Assembly: GCA_021791845.1 (NCBI GenBank)
Contig: JAJYVT010000009.1
Coordinates: forward strand, 2,176 to 66,175
Length of the DNA stretch: 64,000 nt
Direction: 5' to 3'
From: Actinomycetes bacterium
Lineage (GTDB): Bacteria > Actinomycetota > Acidimicrobiia > Acidimicrobiales > RAAP-2
Each line of letters starts with the position of its first letter. The first letter of the stretch is position 1. The translations under genes were made by a program, and so were the position numbers. The notes under the pieces were generated by a model. It saw nothing but the letters and a program-made list of their open reading frames with translations. It had not been told where the DNA came from and did not search any database. This document shows, piece after piece, positions 34,163 through 43,779 of the stretch.

Positions 34163-35368
34163 TCAGCCGGTCCCGGCGAGGGCGCGCCCCATCCGCTCCA
34201 CCGCCTCGGTGAGCACGGTGGCCGACGTGGCGAAGTTGAGGCGGGCGCAGCTTGCACCGCCGGCCCCGAAGGCCGGTCCCGAGCTCAGCAGGACCCGGGC
34301 GTGCTCGAGCAGCCACGCGGCCGCCCCGACCTGGGCGCTGGCATCCCCCCGGGCGGCCCGTCCGCCGCCGTCGGCCGCTCCGAGGCGGGCCTCGCCGCCG
34401 AAGTCCATCCACGCCAGGTACGTCGCCGCTCCGGGCGTCCAGTGCACCGCGGGCAGGTGGTCGGCGAGCAGCTGGCCGAGCAGGGTCCGGTTGCGGTCCA
34501 GGCCGCGCAGCACGCCGTCCAGCCACTCCCGCCCGTGGCGCAAGGCGGCGGTGTGCGCCAGCACGCCGAGGTGGCTCGGCCCATGGCTCACCTCTTCGGG
34601 CAGCCGGGCGAGGTCCTCCGCGGCATCCGGTCCGGCGAAGGCGATCGCCGCCTTCAGGCCCGGCAGGTTCCACCCCTTGGATGCAGAGACGAGGGCGAAG
34701 CCCCGGCCGCCGCCGGGGACGGCGAGGTAGGAGGTGAAGGTCGCACCCGGCAGCACGAGCGGCGCGTGGATCTCGTCCGCCACGACCCGCACGCCCGTGG
34801 CGTTGGCGGCGGCGGCGAGGGCGGCGAGCTCGTCGGCCGAATGGACCGTCCCGGTCGGGTTGTGCGGGTTGCAGAGGAGGAACGCAGCCGGCCCCGCGGC
34901 CGCGGCCGCTGCGAAAGCGTCGGCGAGGGCGGGAGGGTCAAGGCGCCGGTCGGCCGTCAAGGGCACCTCGACCACGCGCCGGCCGAGGTGCTCGGCGAAG
35001 GCGTAGAACGGCGGGTACACCGGCGGGGTGACCAGGACCGCGTCACCAGGGCCGGTCACCAGCTTGAGGAGCTCCACCGCCCCGAGCATGACGTCGGGGA
35101 CCATCGCGCTGCGTGCCGGCTCGAAGCCGGCGAACCCCCACCGGTCGGCGGCGAAGTCGGCGTACGCCTCGGCATAGTCCGTGCCGAAGGCGTACCCCGT
35201 GTCTCCCCGATCGAGGGCCCGGCGCAGCGCCTCGACGATCGGGCGAGCCGGCATGACGTCCATCTCGGCGACCCAGAGAGGCAGTACCTCGGGTCCGGCC
35301 ACGCGCCACTTCGCGCTCGTGCGTTGACGGAGCTGGTCGAGCGAAAGGTTGAAGGGTTCCTCGTCCAT
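34163..35368 (-). CDS. PLP-dependent aminotransferase class I/II, MalY/PatB-type C-S lyase
   Basis: [13 protein letters not shown]...[11 protein letters not shown]-terminal signature of PatB/MalY, plus the [12 protein letters not shown] lysine motif. Confidence 0.85.
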   Translation of the reverse strand: MDEEPFNLSLDQLRQRTSAKWRVAGPEVLPLWVAEMDVMPARPIVEALRRALDRGDTGYAFGTDYAEAYADFAADRWGFAGFEPARSAMVPDVMLGAVELLKLVTGPGDAVLVTPPVYPPFYAFAEHLGRRVVEVPLTADRRLDPPALADAFAAAAAAGPAAFLLCNPHNPTGTVHSADELAALAAAANATGVRVVADEIHAPLVLPGATFTSYLAVPGGGRGFALVSASKGWNLPGLKAAIAFAGPDAAEDLARLPEEVSHGPSHLGVLAHTAALRHGREWLDGVLRGLDRNRTLLGQLLADHLPAVHWTPGAATYLAWMDFGGEARLGAADGGGRAARGDASAQVGAAAWLLEHARVLLSSGPAFGAGGASCARLNFATSATVLTEAVERMGRALAGTG

Positions 35369-35463
35369 CACCGCATGGACGCTACCGGTGCGGGGACCGC
35401 CCCACGGGTGACCGGTGCCCGGACCGAGCAGCCCGCCCGCTCGCGCCGGCGTATCGTCGGAGC

Positions 35464-35775
35464 ATGCCGGGGCCACCGGGCGAGTTGAGCGAGCAGCCGG
35501 CTGCAGAGCCGGGCGCAGAGCCGGCTCCTCCCACTCCGCGCCCGTGGTACCGGCGCAAGGCGGTTTGGGTCCCGGCTTGTGGTGCCGTGGTCGGGCTCGG
35601 CCTCGTGGTGGCGGCGCGCAGGCGACGCAACCCCCGGTCGATGGTGCCGTCGCGCCGGCGGGTCCCGGCCCCCTCGATGCTGCAGGTCGGCGTCGTCAAC
35701 ATCTACAGCCGGCCCGACGTGCATCGGCCGTCGAGGACCGTCGTCCCGAGGACGCCACGGCGCCCGAGTCCGTAG
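35464..35775 (+). CDS. Possible small single-TM protein
   Basis: Third positions are mostly G/C. One hydrophobic helix [18 protein letters not shown] followed by RRRR. No other support. Confidence 0.3.
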   Translation: MPGPPGELSEQPAAEPGAEPAPPTPRPWYRRKAVWVPACGAVVGLGLVVAARRRRNPRSMVPSRRRVPAPSMLQVGVVNIYSRPDVHRPSRTVVPRTPRRPSP

Positions 35776-35878
35776 CCCCTTGCCGCGGTTGGCGTCTACG
35801 GACGGTCCGGGGCGAGGAGCACCCGGGAGCGGTCGCGCCGCGCCGGAGCGACCGGCGGGAAGCTGCCATCCTGGCACG

Positions 35879-36523
35879 GTGACTCGGCTCCCGCCCGACT
35901 ACGACTCGGACCCGGAGCGCTGGCAATCGTGGTCCTCCCGACGTGACGTGCACGAGGCGGTGGCCTCCGAGCTGCGCGGTCCCATCCTCGACGTCGGCTG
36001 CGGGGACGGCCGCCTTCCCCCGCTCCTCGGTGCGTCTGTCCGCTGGATCGGGGTCGACTCCTCCCCGACGCAGGTGTCGGCCAACCCGCACCGCCCGATC
36101 GTCCTGGCCGACATGCGGCGGCTGCCCCTTGCCGACGCCACCGTCGCAGAAGTCGCCCACCTGTGGTGCTTGTACCACCTCGGCGACCCGGTCGACGCCA
36201 TCGCCGAAGCGATGCGGGTGCTGCGGCCGGGGGGTCGCTACTTCGCCTGCACCGCCGCTCGTGACAACGACCCCGAGCTCGTTCCCGGCGGCTACCCGCC
36301 GAGCACGTTCGACGCCGAGGAGGCAGCGGGCATCGTCGGGTCGGTCTTCGACGACGTCGCAGTGGAGCGCTGGGACGGCACCTTCGCGCCCCTGTCCACG
36401 AGGGAGGAGGTCCGGGCCTACTGCCGTCATGCCTCCATCCCCGTCGAGACGGCGGACGCGGTTCCCGTTCCGCTCTGGCTCACCAAGCGTGGCGTGCTCG
36501 TCCGGGCCACCAAGCCGCGGTGA
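35879..36523 (+). CDS. Class I SAM-dependent methyltransferase
   Basis: Motif I ILDVGCGDGRL and post-I/II LRPGGRYF. GTG start at 35879; the longer listed ORF is Arg/Pro-rich upstream of it. Confidence 0.75.
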   Translation: MTRLPPDYDSDPERWQSWSSRRDVHEAVASELRGPILDVGCGDGRLPPLLGASVRWIGVDSSPTQVSANPHRPIVLADMRRLPLADATVAEVAHLWCLYHLGDPVDAIAEAMRVLRPGGRYFACTAARDNDPELVPGGYPPSTFDAEEAAGIVGSVFDDVAVERWDGTFAPLSTREEVRAYCRHASIPVETADAVPVPLWLTKRGVLVRATKPR

Positions 36524-36529
36524 CGGGCG

Positions 36530-37585
36530 GTGACGGGCATGCCCCGACCCGGCCGGGACGCCCTGCCGTTCGGAGCGGTGATGGCCACCGGTGCGGCCTC
36601 CCAGCTTGCGGTTCGGGCCGGGGTCGGCGTGTTGCGCGTCCCGCTGCTCTGGTTGGCCGTCGCCGTGGCCTTGACCGTCGTCGTCCGCACCGCCGCAGCG
36701 CCGGGCCGGCGCCCGCGGCGCGACGGCGTGGCGACCCGCTTCGGGGACTTCACCGTCCCGATCGGTCTCGCCGTCATCGGCGGCGGGCTCGCCCGGCTCG
36801 GAGGGGCGGCGGCCGTGACCGGCACCTTCGTCCTCCTTGGCGCGTGGGTGGTCACGGGTGTGCTCCTTGCGACCGTCGTCGGACCGCTCGTCACCTCGCT
36901 CGGCGCCGCGCCGCTCGGACTGGAGGCCGTGGACGGCACGTGGTTCCTGGCCCCCGCCGCTCTCCTGGCCGACGCCATCGGGGTGGCGGCCATGGCCGGG
37001 CCGCTCTCGGGCCACAGCCCCGCGCTGCGCTGGCTGGCGTTGGCGGCCGCCGGGGCGGGCGCGATCGGCTACCTGCTGGTCGTCGCGCTCGGCGCCGCCC
37101 GGGTGCTCGTCCACGGGCTCGGCGGCACCCCGTTGGCCGCGTGGTGGATCGCTGCCGGCTGTGGCGGGCTGTCGGCAGCCGCCCTCGGCCGGGCTGCCAG
37201 CCTCGACCCTGCCGGCGGCGGTGCCGCGGCGCTCCACGGCTTCGGCTGGGCGGCCATGGCGTGCTGGGCGGTCGGCAGCGTCTGGCTGGCTCCCGTGCTC
37301 GCTGCCAGCCTGCGGTCCCTCGCCTCGCTGCGGCGGGCATCGGGGCGACCGCCGTGGCCGCCCACCTTCTCCACCGGCGTCTACGCCCTGGGGGCCGCCC
37401 AGGTCGGCCACCTCCTGGTCACAGCCTCGATCACCCGCTTGGCCGACCTGGCCGCTGCTGCCACCATCGGGCTGTGGGCGCTCACCGTGTGCGCCCACCT
37501 TCCCCGCGCTCTCGGCCGTGGCCGCCACCGCCGCGCTGCGTTGGAGCAGGCCGGCCGAGGGGGTCCGCCGCCGGGGCCGAGCTGA
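36530..37585 (+). CDS. Tellurite-resistance/dicarboxylate transporter (TDT, TehA/SLAC1-like) family membrane protein
   Basis: About ten TM helices. N-terminus LPFGAVMATGAASQLA is typical of the family. Start is GTG 36530 or ATG 36539. Confidence 0.55.
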   Translation: MTGMPRPGRDALPFGAVMATGAASQLAVRAGVGVLRVPLLWLAVAVALTVVVRTAAAPGRRPRRDGVATRFGDFTVPIGLAVIGGGLARLGGAAAVTGTFVLLGAWVVTGVLLATVVGPLVTSLGAAPLGLEAVDGTWFLAPAALLADAIGVAAMAGPLSGHSPALRWLALAAAGAGAIGYLLVVALGAARVLVHGLGGTPLAAWWIAAGCGGLSAAALGRAASLDPAGGGAAALHGFGWAAMACWAVGSVWLAPVLAASLRSLASLRRASGRPPWPPTFSTGVYALGAAQVGHLLVTASITRLADLAAAATIGLWALTVCAHLPRALGRGRHRRAALEQAGRGGPPPGPS

Positions 37586-37868
37586 AGCAGACTGCAGACT
37601 GTTCGAGGGGGACCTACCCTGCTCCCGTGCTCCGGGTGCTGATCACGGTCCGAGCGAGTCCGGGACCTGCTCGAGGAGCGGCTCACGTGCAGGACGACCA
37701 ATACCTACGGCAAGACGCCGGCGTCGCGGCTCCGCGCAGGCGCCGGCCTCGTCGTCGAGACCACCGTGCTCGATGCCTCCGATGCCCAGGCCCGAGCAGC
37801 CGGGGAGACGGGCGCGTCCGGACGCCGGTCGTGACCGGCGCGCCACGGGGCGTGCCGGCGGGGCGCGC

Positions 37869-39902
37869 TCATGTGGCCGGGCTGCAGACGGCTGTGCACG
37901 GCGTCGAGAAGGCGCTCGCCGGTGCCAGCGGCACGTTGAGGAACGACGCCGCCCCGGCGTGGCGCTGCACGCGGTAGACCCCGCCGACCAAGGCGGGCAT
38001 CTGCGCCAACGTGGGTGCGAGCTGCGGGGTGTCCGAGGTCGTGATCGTCACCCGGATGCTCCACCCGGCCGGGACTTCGGCGAAGGTCGGGAAGACCTGG
38101 ATGTCGTAGCGGGTCACGACCCCGGGGACGACGGGCTCGACCGAGCCGGCCGTCTCCGCATGCGCCGGGAGCAGCGGTTGGCCGTCGGAGCCCATCCACG
38201 TGTGGGCGGCTGTCTCTCGTCGCATCTCGCCCAGGAGCGCGCCGGAGGTGAGCGGCACCGACGTGCCTGTCGGACCGACCTCCTCGACGGTGGCCACCAG
38301 CTCGGTGTCGGTGGTGGTGGAGGTGGCATAGACACTGACGTCGATGGGCCCCCCGATGACCTCGTCGGTGCCGACGGGGGCGGACGTGTAGGTGAGGGCG
38401 CCGGGCCCCGCCCCCAGCGTGACGTCGTCGGTTGTGCAGGGGTCGGGAACGCCGCTGTCGGCGCTGGCGGCGGCGATCAGGCCGGCGCTCCACTGGTCGG
38501 TCTGGAGGTCGCAGGCGGACGAGGCGCCCGTGAAGACGACCGGGTCCGACCCGGTCGATGTCCCGGGGGGTGCGGCCGTCAGGGTCCCCTGATTGTCCGA
38601 GGCGGACGCAGTGGCCCCCGGGCCGGCGCCGAAGTAGAGCTGCGTCGCCGATGCCGACGCGAGCGGCCAGGTCGCGGTGTTGATCCAGCGGTGCGTGTCG
38701 AGCAGGTTGAGGTGCAGCGGCGTCGTCGTGGAGCCGAGCGGCGTCGTCTGGCCGAGCAGCCACGTGTCGAACCACTCGAGCTCAACGCGTGTGAGGTCCA
38801 CGCCGGCACCGGTCGTGAGGTGCGTCCAGGGGCCCATGAGGAGCTGGTACCTGGGTGTGACGGGCTGGCCGGCGCGCATCGGGGCGAGCACCGGACGCTG
38901 GGCCGCCAGGTTCTGGAGCCCGGTGTAGTTGAGGAGCTCGCCGCGTTGGAAGAGGTCGTGCCACCCCCCGACGAGGAACGCCGGAATGTGGTCGGCCACC
39001 ACCTTGGCCAGGGTCGAGAGCGGGCTCCGTGCCATCCAATAGGGGCCGTCGTAGGACTGCGGCCCTCCCCGCTCGACTGTGAGGAGCGCCGGCGCGTCGT
39101 AGGACAGCAGGCCGGCGTCGTGCTGGAGCTCTTCGGCGAGGGCGTTCGTCGCCGTTGTTGCGGGCCCCCCTGTTGTCCCGGCCCCTGCCCGCTGGAGCGG
39201 TGTGGTCAGCGGGTTGGCCGCGTTGAGCCCGCCCACGAGGCCGAGGTAGAACGCCGAGAACTCGAGGTCGAGCAGCCCGCCTTGGGTGACCGTGTCCTGG
39301 TACAGGTCGTTGCCGGCGATGATGGGGAACATCGCCTTCACCGGGTTGTGCCTGGGGAGGGCGGCGACGGTGAGGAACTGGTTGATGCCCATGTAGGACT
39401 CGCCGAACAGCCCGACCTTGCCGTCTGCGTGCGGGAGCTTCGCCGACCAGTCGACGAGTGCGGCGCCGTCGGTGCCCTGGACCGGTGTGAAGAGGCCCCA
39501 GGTGCCGGCCGACGACCCGGTCCCGCGAACGTCGGCGACAACCACGATGTAGCCGCGCTCGACGAAGTAGCTCACGTTGGTGTTCGCCAGCGAGGCCGCG
39601 CCGGACGACACGTTCTGCTTGCCGTACGGGGTCTGCTGGAGGAGAACGGGGAACGGCCCGGTCGCGGCGGCGCCGGTTGCCGGGTCCGTCGGGTAGAAGA
39701 CGTCGGCGCGGAGGACGGTCCCGTCCGACATCGTCACCGGCTGGTTGAGCTCGCTCCCCTCCCCGTACGAGGGCGGCTGGGGTGACCACCCGGCCCCCGA
39801 CGCCGACCCCGATGTCGTCGCGGCGCCGACCGGCACCGCCGGTGCGGTGGTGGAGGCGACGATCGCCACGAGGGCGGCGACCATGAGGTGCGTTCGGCGC
39901 AT
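37869..39902 (-). CDS. Secreted CocE/NonD family hydrolase (S15 X-Pro dipeptidyl-peptidase fold)
   Basis: ATG at 39902 follows AGGAGA. Signal peptide MRRTHLMVAALVAIVASTTAPAVPVGA. FPVLLQQTPYGK, VVVADVRGTGSSAGTW, nucleophile GESYMG. Confidence 0.85.
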   Translation of the reverse strand: MRRTHLMVAALVAIVASTTAPAVPVGAATTSGSASGAGWSPQPPSYGEGSELNQPVTMSDGTVLRADVFYPTDPATGAAATGPFPVLLQQTPYGKQNVSSGAASLANTNVSYFVERGYIVVVADVRGTGSSAGTWGLFTPVQGTDGAALVDWSAKLPHADGKVGLFGESYMGINQFLTVAALPRHNPVKAMFPIIAGNDLYQDTVTQGGLLDLEFSAFYLGLVGGLNAANPLTTPLQRAGAGTTGGPATTATNALAEELQHDAGLLSYDAPALLTVERGGPQSYDGPYWMARSPLSTLAKVVADHIPAFLVGGWHDLFQRGELLNYTGLQNLAAQRPVLAPMRAGQPVTPRYQLLMGPWTHLTTGAGVDLTRVELEWFDTWLLGQTTPLGSTTTPLHLNLLDTHRWINTATWPLASASATQLYFGAGPGATASASDNQGTLTAAPPGTSTGSDPVVFTGASSACDLQTDQWSAGLIAAASADSGVPDPCTTDDVTLGAGPGALTYTSAPVGTDEVIGGPIDVSVYATSTTTDTELVATVEEVGPTGTSVPLTSGALLGEMRRETAAHTWMGSDGQPLLPAHAETAGSVEPVVPGVVTRYDIQVFPTFAEVPAGWSIRVTITTSDTPQLAPTLAQMPALVGGVYRVQRHAGAASFLNVPLAPASAFSTPCTAVCSPAT

Positions 39903-40061
39903 GGGCTCTCCTGTGGGTGGGTGCCGAGGGCTCACGGCCCTCCTCCCCTTCACAACGTCCCGGGGAGCCGCTCCTTTCGGCCCTCGTCGGCGGTCTCGTG
40001 CGCCGCGCCGGTCGGCAATGCCGGTGACAGGCGCACGCCGAAGGGACGCTTCCACGTGAGA

Positions 40062-40104
40062 CCGTGCCGTGCCGTGCCGTGCCGTGCCGTGCCGTGCCGT
40101 GCCG
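40062..40104. repeat. Pentanucleotide microsatellite (CCGTG) x 8.6
   Basis: Read directly. Lies about 160 nt upstream of the CocE/NonD start and 70 nt downstream of the preceding gene's stop. Confidence 0.98.
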
Positions 40105-40173
40105 AGGCAGACCGTCGAACATGCGCGGTCGTCCGACCAGCGCGCCCCAGGACACGGGTGCCCGGGCGCCCGA

Positions 40174-40827
40174 TCAGGCGAAGTGGTCGGTCCAGGCGGT
40201 GCCGTCCCAGTAGCGGAGCCGTCCGTCGGGGACCCGGTACCAACCGGGCGGCGGCTCAGCCGGCGCGGCCTGTGCTCCGACCGGTGCTTCGATGGGTTCG
40301 GCCGCCGCCTGCGGCGAGGGTGCCTCCTCCGGGCTTGGCGCCTCGGCAGCGGGGTGGAACGGCGGGAGCGGCGCCTCGGCCTCGAGGTGCCCCCCACCGC
40401 CCTCCCCCGCAGCGAGCCGGTCGGCGTCCGGAGCCGGAGCGCCCCCGAACGGTGGCCCCGGGGGAGGGAAGGCACCGCCTGCGCCCCCCGTCATCCACGG
40501 TCCCGGGCCACCGCCGAACCCGGCTCCCGGGCCGGCCGGCCAGCTCGGCGCCTGGGCGCGCAACACCCGGATCTCGCGCAGCACCGGCCAGTCGGAGAAG
40601 GCGAAGACGAGCACCATGACGAAGTTGACGACCGGCACCAGGGTGATGAGCACCCACCAACCCGAGTACCCGGCCTTGGTCACGACCCTGACCGCGGCGA
40701 CGAAGGAGACCACCACGATGGCCAGGTACACGAGCACCAGCACGCCCGCAGCGGGGGCGACAACAGTCGTGGCGAGCACCGCGTGGACGGGCCCGACCAT
40801 GTGCAAGGGCGCTGAGGGCTGGGTCAT
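40174..40827 (-). CDS. Membrane protein with Gly/Pro-rich linker and C-terminal DUF2510-type motif
   Basis: Three N-terminal hydrophobic helices. C-terminus PPGWYRVPDGRLRYWDGTAWTDH is the DUF2510 signature. Confidence 0.7.
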   Translation of the reverse strand: MTQPSAPLHMVGPVHAVLATTVVAPAAGVLVLVYLAIVVVSFVAAVRVVTKAGYSGWWVLITLVPVVNFVMVLVFAFSDWPVLREIRVLRAQAPSWPAGPGAGFGGGPGPWMTGGAGGAFPPPGPPFGGAPAPDADRLAAGEGGGGHLEAEAPLPPFHPAAEAPSPEEAPSPQAAAEPIEAPVGAQAAPAEPPPGWYRVPDGRLRYWDGTAWTDHFA

Positions 40828-41036
40828 CCTTGGCCTCCTTCTGCCGTCGCCCGGCTCCGCCGCAGCAACGACCTGCTCGAGCCGGCGGGAACCGCCCCCG
40901 CACCGACGCCGTGCACAGATCTAGCCCAACCGCGAGCCGTCTGCGGGGATGGAGGCGTAGGAGCGCGCCGGCGCGCCGGCGCGCCGCCCCCGGCATGCCG
41001 CGGCCTCGACACTTGCCGTCGCCGTCGGCGTCGGCC

Positions 41037-42359
41037 TCAGCTGACGACGGTCACGTTCCCCAGCGGCTCGAGGGCCGGAGCCACGACGGCCGCGTCGCCG
41101 ACGACCACGGTCGTCATGGACGCCGGGCCGAGGAAGCGCGCCGCGGCTGCCGCCACGTCCGGGGCGTCCACCGCGGCAAGCTCCCGGAGGAAGCGCTCCA
41201 GGTACCTCGGCTCGAGCCCCTGGGAGACGAAGGCGCCCAGCAGGCCGGCGAGCCCCGACTGGGTCGCCGCGGCCATCGAGAGCACCCCGGCCCGGTAGCG
41301 GCGCGCCGCGTCCAGCTCCTCGGCGGGCACCTCCGTCGTCGCCATGCGGCCCAGCTCGTACTGGATCTCCGTCAGGGCCGCCGCCGTCACCTCGGTCCCG
41401 ACCTCCGCCCGCACGGCGAACGCCGCGCCCAGGCGGTGCTCGTCGATGCCCGACCGCGGCGAGTAGGTGTACCCGTGCCGCTCCCGGAGGTTGTCGACGA
41501 GGCGGCTGGTGAAGTACCCGCCGAGCACGGTTGACGCCAGGGACAGGGCGGCGAAGCCGGGGTCCTCGCGCCCGGCGCAGCGGGTCCCCACCCGCACGTT
41601 GGACTGGACGGCACCGGGCCGGTCCAGGAGCACGACGCCGGGGGCCGGGGCGGGCGACGCCGGGCCCGGGAGCTCGGCGCGCCCACGCTCGCCCTCCCAG
41701 GCCGCGAACGCTTCCTCCACCAGGCCGGTCAGCCGCTCCGGGTCGACGTCGCCCACCGCCACGAACAGGCTCTTCGACGGAACCACCCGCTCGCCGTGGA
41801 ACTGTTCGAGGCGCGCCCGCCCGGTGCGCCGGACTGCAGCAGACGTGGGGAGCGGATCGGCGTAGGGATGCCGGGGGAACAGTCGGGCGTCCAGCCCGTG
41901 TGTGGCGATCGCCATGGGGTCGACCGCCTCCTGGGTGATCTCCTGCACCACCCGCTCCCGCTCGCCCGCCACCTCGGCCCGGGGGAAGGAGGGGTGGGCC
42001 ACGACGTCGGCCAGCTGCGCCAGCGCGTCGCGCAGAGCAGCCACCGGCACACCGGCCGAGACGGAGAGGTCGTCCACGTCGGCGCCCGCGCCGACGAGCA
42101 TCCCCAGGGCCTGCAGGTCGGCGGCGACCTGGCTGCCCGTGCGGTCCCCCGTCCCGGAGAGCAGCGTCTTGGGCAGCAAGCGCATCACCGGCGCGTCGCG
42201 CAGGGCGACGTCGCCCAGCGGGACGTGGAGCCGGAGCTGCACCAGGGGGACGTTCGGCCGGCGGACGGCGACGACGCGGATGCCGTTGCCGGTGACGGTG
42301 TCGGACACGTCCGACAGGTCCACCACCGGGAGCGGCCCGGTGTCCGGGATGCCGGTCAC
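41037..42359 (-). CDS. M16 (pitrilysin) family peptidase, non-catalytic partner subunit
   Basis: GTG overlaps the upstream stop (GTGA). M16 fold pattern (GIRVVAVRRPNVPLVQLRLHVP...) but no HxxEH motif. Confidence 0.8.
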   Translation of the reverse strand: MTGIPDTGPLPVVDLSDVSDTVTGNGIRVVAVRRPNVPLVQLRLHVPLGDVALRDAPVMRLLPKTLLSGTGDRTGSQVAADLQALGMLVGAGADVDDLSVSAGVPVAALRDALAQLADVVAHPSFPRAEVAGERERVVQEITQEAVDPMAIATHGLDARLFPRHPYADPLPTSAAVRRTGRARLEQFHGERVVPSKSLFVAVGDVDPERLTGLVEEAFAAWEGERGRAELPGPASPAPAPGVVLLDRPGAVQSNVRVGTRCAGREDPGFAALSLASTVLGGYFTSRLVDNLRERHGYTYSPRSGIDEHRLGAAFAVRAEVGTEVTAAALTEIQYELGRMATTEVPAEELDAARRYRAGVLSMAAATQSGLAGLLGAFVSQGLEPRYLERFLRELAAVDAPDVAAAAARFLGPASMTTVVVGDAAVVAPALEPLGNVTVVS

Positions 42360-43648
42360 GACGCCGCTCCCGCGCCGGGCGCTCCCGGGACGAGGGCGCA
42401 GACCGCGCGGCGGTCGGGGCGGAACCACGACGACGCCACCTCGGGCACGAGGTCGGCGGCGGCGCCCAGCCGCTCCACGAGCTCGAAGGCCAGCGAGGGG
42501 TCGCCTCGCTGCTGGGCGAAGAAGGCGGCCTGCACGGCCAGGTTGTACTTGCTGTCGAGACCCATCCAATGGGCGGAGGCGGCCTGGGCGAGCACCGGCT
42601 CGAGCGTGCCGGGGGCGAGGCCGGCGCCAACCGCCGTCAGCTCCTCGTCCACCACCGAGATGATGCGCTCGGTCAGGTCCACCTCGGGGTAGTGGGCGAT
42701 CAGCGCGACGTAGGTGGGGTCCCGGCTGTACCACGCCGAGTCCAGCCCGCCCCACATCGCCCCCACGTCGGCGGCGAGCTTGTCCCGGCGGACGAGCCGG
42801 TCGAAGAGCCGTGAGGCCGCGCCGGCCGTCAGCAGGCTGACGAGGAGCACCGTGGCGAAGTACCGGCGCTCGTCGCCGATGGGGTCGGGGACCCGGTAGC
42901 CGAGCGCCACCGCCGGGAGGGGCGCCAACGGGTCGACCCGGCTGGCGCGGCGCTCGCCGTCGGGGAGCGGCTCGGCAAAGCTCGGCCGGGCCGGCACGTC
43001 TCGGGCCGGGATGTCGGAGAAGTGACGCTCCACCAGGCGCAGGACATGGTCGGGGTCGACGCCGCCGGCCACGCTCAGCACGGCGTTCGCTGGTGCGTAG
43101 TAGGCGTCGAAGAAGGCCTGCACGTCCCCCAAGCTCGCGGCCTCCAGGTCCCCGAAGCTGCCGTAGCCGTTGTGGGCGTTGGGGAACGTGTGGAACATGA
43201 GCGGCGGGAGGTCCTCCAGCCACGGGAAACCCCCGTACGGCTGGTTCAGGACGTTGACGCGGATCTCCTCCTTCACCACGTCGATCTGGTTGGCCAGGTT
43301 CTCCTCGGTGATCCGGGGCGCACGCATGCGGTCGGCCTCGCAGAACAACGCGAGCTCGAGCGCGCCACCCGGGACCTGCTCGAAGTACACCGTGGCGTCC
43401 GGCCGGGTGAACCCGTTGAAGACGCCGCCGTTCCCCTGGATCCGGCGGCCGAACTCCCCCTTGGGCAGGTGCTCGGACCCTTGGAACATGAGGTGCTCGA
43501 AGAGGTGGGCGAAGCCCGTGGACCCTGCAGGCTCGGAGCGGAACCCCACGTCGTAGAGGAGCGACACGGCGGCCACGGGCGAGGCGGGGTCGGGGGCGAC
43601 CAGCACCCGAAGCCCGTTGTCCAGCGTCGCCTGCTCGATCGTCGCCAC
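42356..43648 (-). CDS. M16 (pitrilysin) family zinc peptidase, catalytic subunit
   Basis: GTG at 43648 follows AGGGAGGA. LDNGLRVLV... and the inverted zinc motif HLFEHLMFQGS. The long upstream extension of the listed ORF is out of character. Confidence 0.85.
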   Translation of the reverse strand: MATIEQATLDNGLRVLVAPDPASPVAAVSLLYDVGFRSEPAGSTGFAHLFEHLMFQGSEHLPKGEFGRRIQGNGGVFNGFTRPDATVYFEQVPGGALELALFCEADRMRAPRITEENLANQIDVVKEEIRVNVLNQPYGGFPWLEDLPPLMFHTFPNAHNGYGSFGDLEAASLGDVQAFFDAYYAPANAVLSVAGGVDPDHVLRLVERHFSDIPARDVPARPSFAEPLPDGERRASRVDPLAPLPAVALGYRVPDPIGDERRYFATVLLVSLLTAGAASRLFDRLVRRDKLAADVGAMWGGLDSAWYSRDPTYVALIAHYPEVDLTERIISVVDEELTAVGAGLAPGTLEPVLAQAASAHWMGLDSKYNLAVQAAFFAQQRGDPSLAFELVERLGAAADLVPEVASSWFRPDRRAVCALVPGAPGAGAAS

Positions 43649-43779
43649 CTCGTCCTCCCTGCCGTGGGCTCCTCGAAGGTTATGCGAGAGCGAGGAGCGC
43701 CCCTGCCCCGGTAGCAGCCGGGCCCGCCGGGCCTCGTTCTGGCGCGCCGCCCCCGACGTGGCCGCGTGCGAGCGTGCGG

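Noticed and set aside
33170-35488. 772-aa plus-strand ORF and the 35696-37528 minus-strand ORF
   Set aside because: They run out of frame or antisense through the dienelactone hydrolase, MalY-type lyase, methyltransferase and TDT genes. They have no motifs and an Arg-rich composition.
36837-39785. 982-aa plus-strand ORF
   Set aside because: It is antisense to the CocE/NonD hydrolase (clear catalytic motifs, signal peptide, RBS) and overlaps the TDT transporter out of frame. It has an Arg/Gly-rich composition and no motifs.
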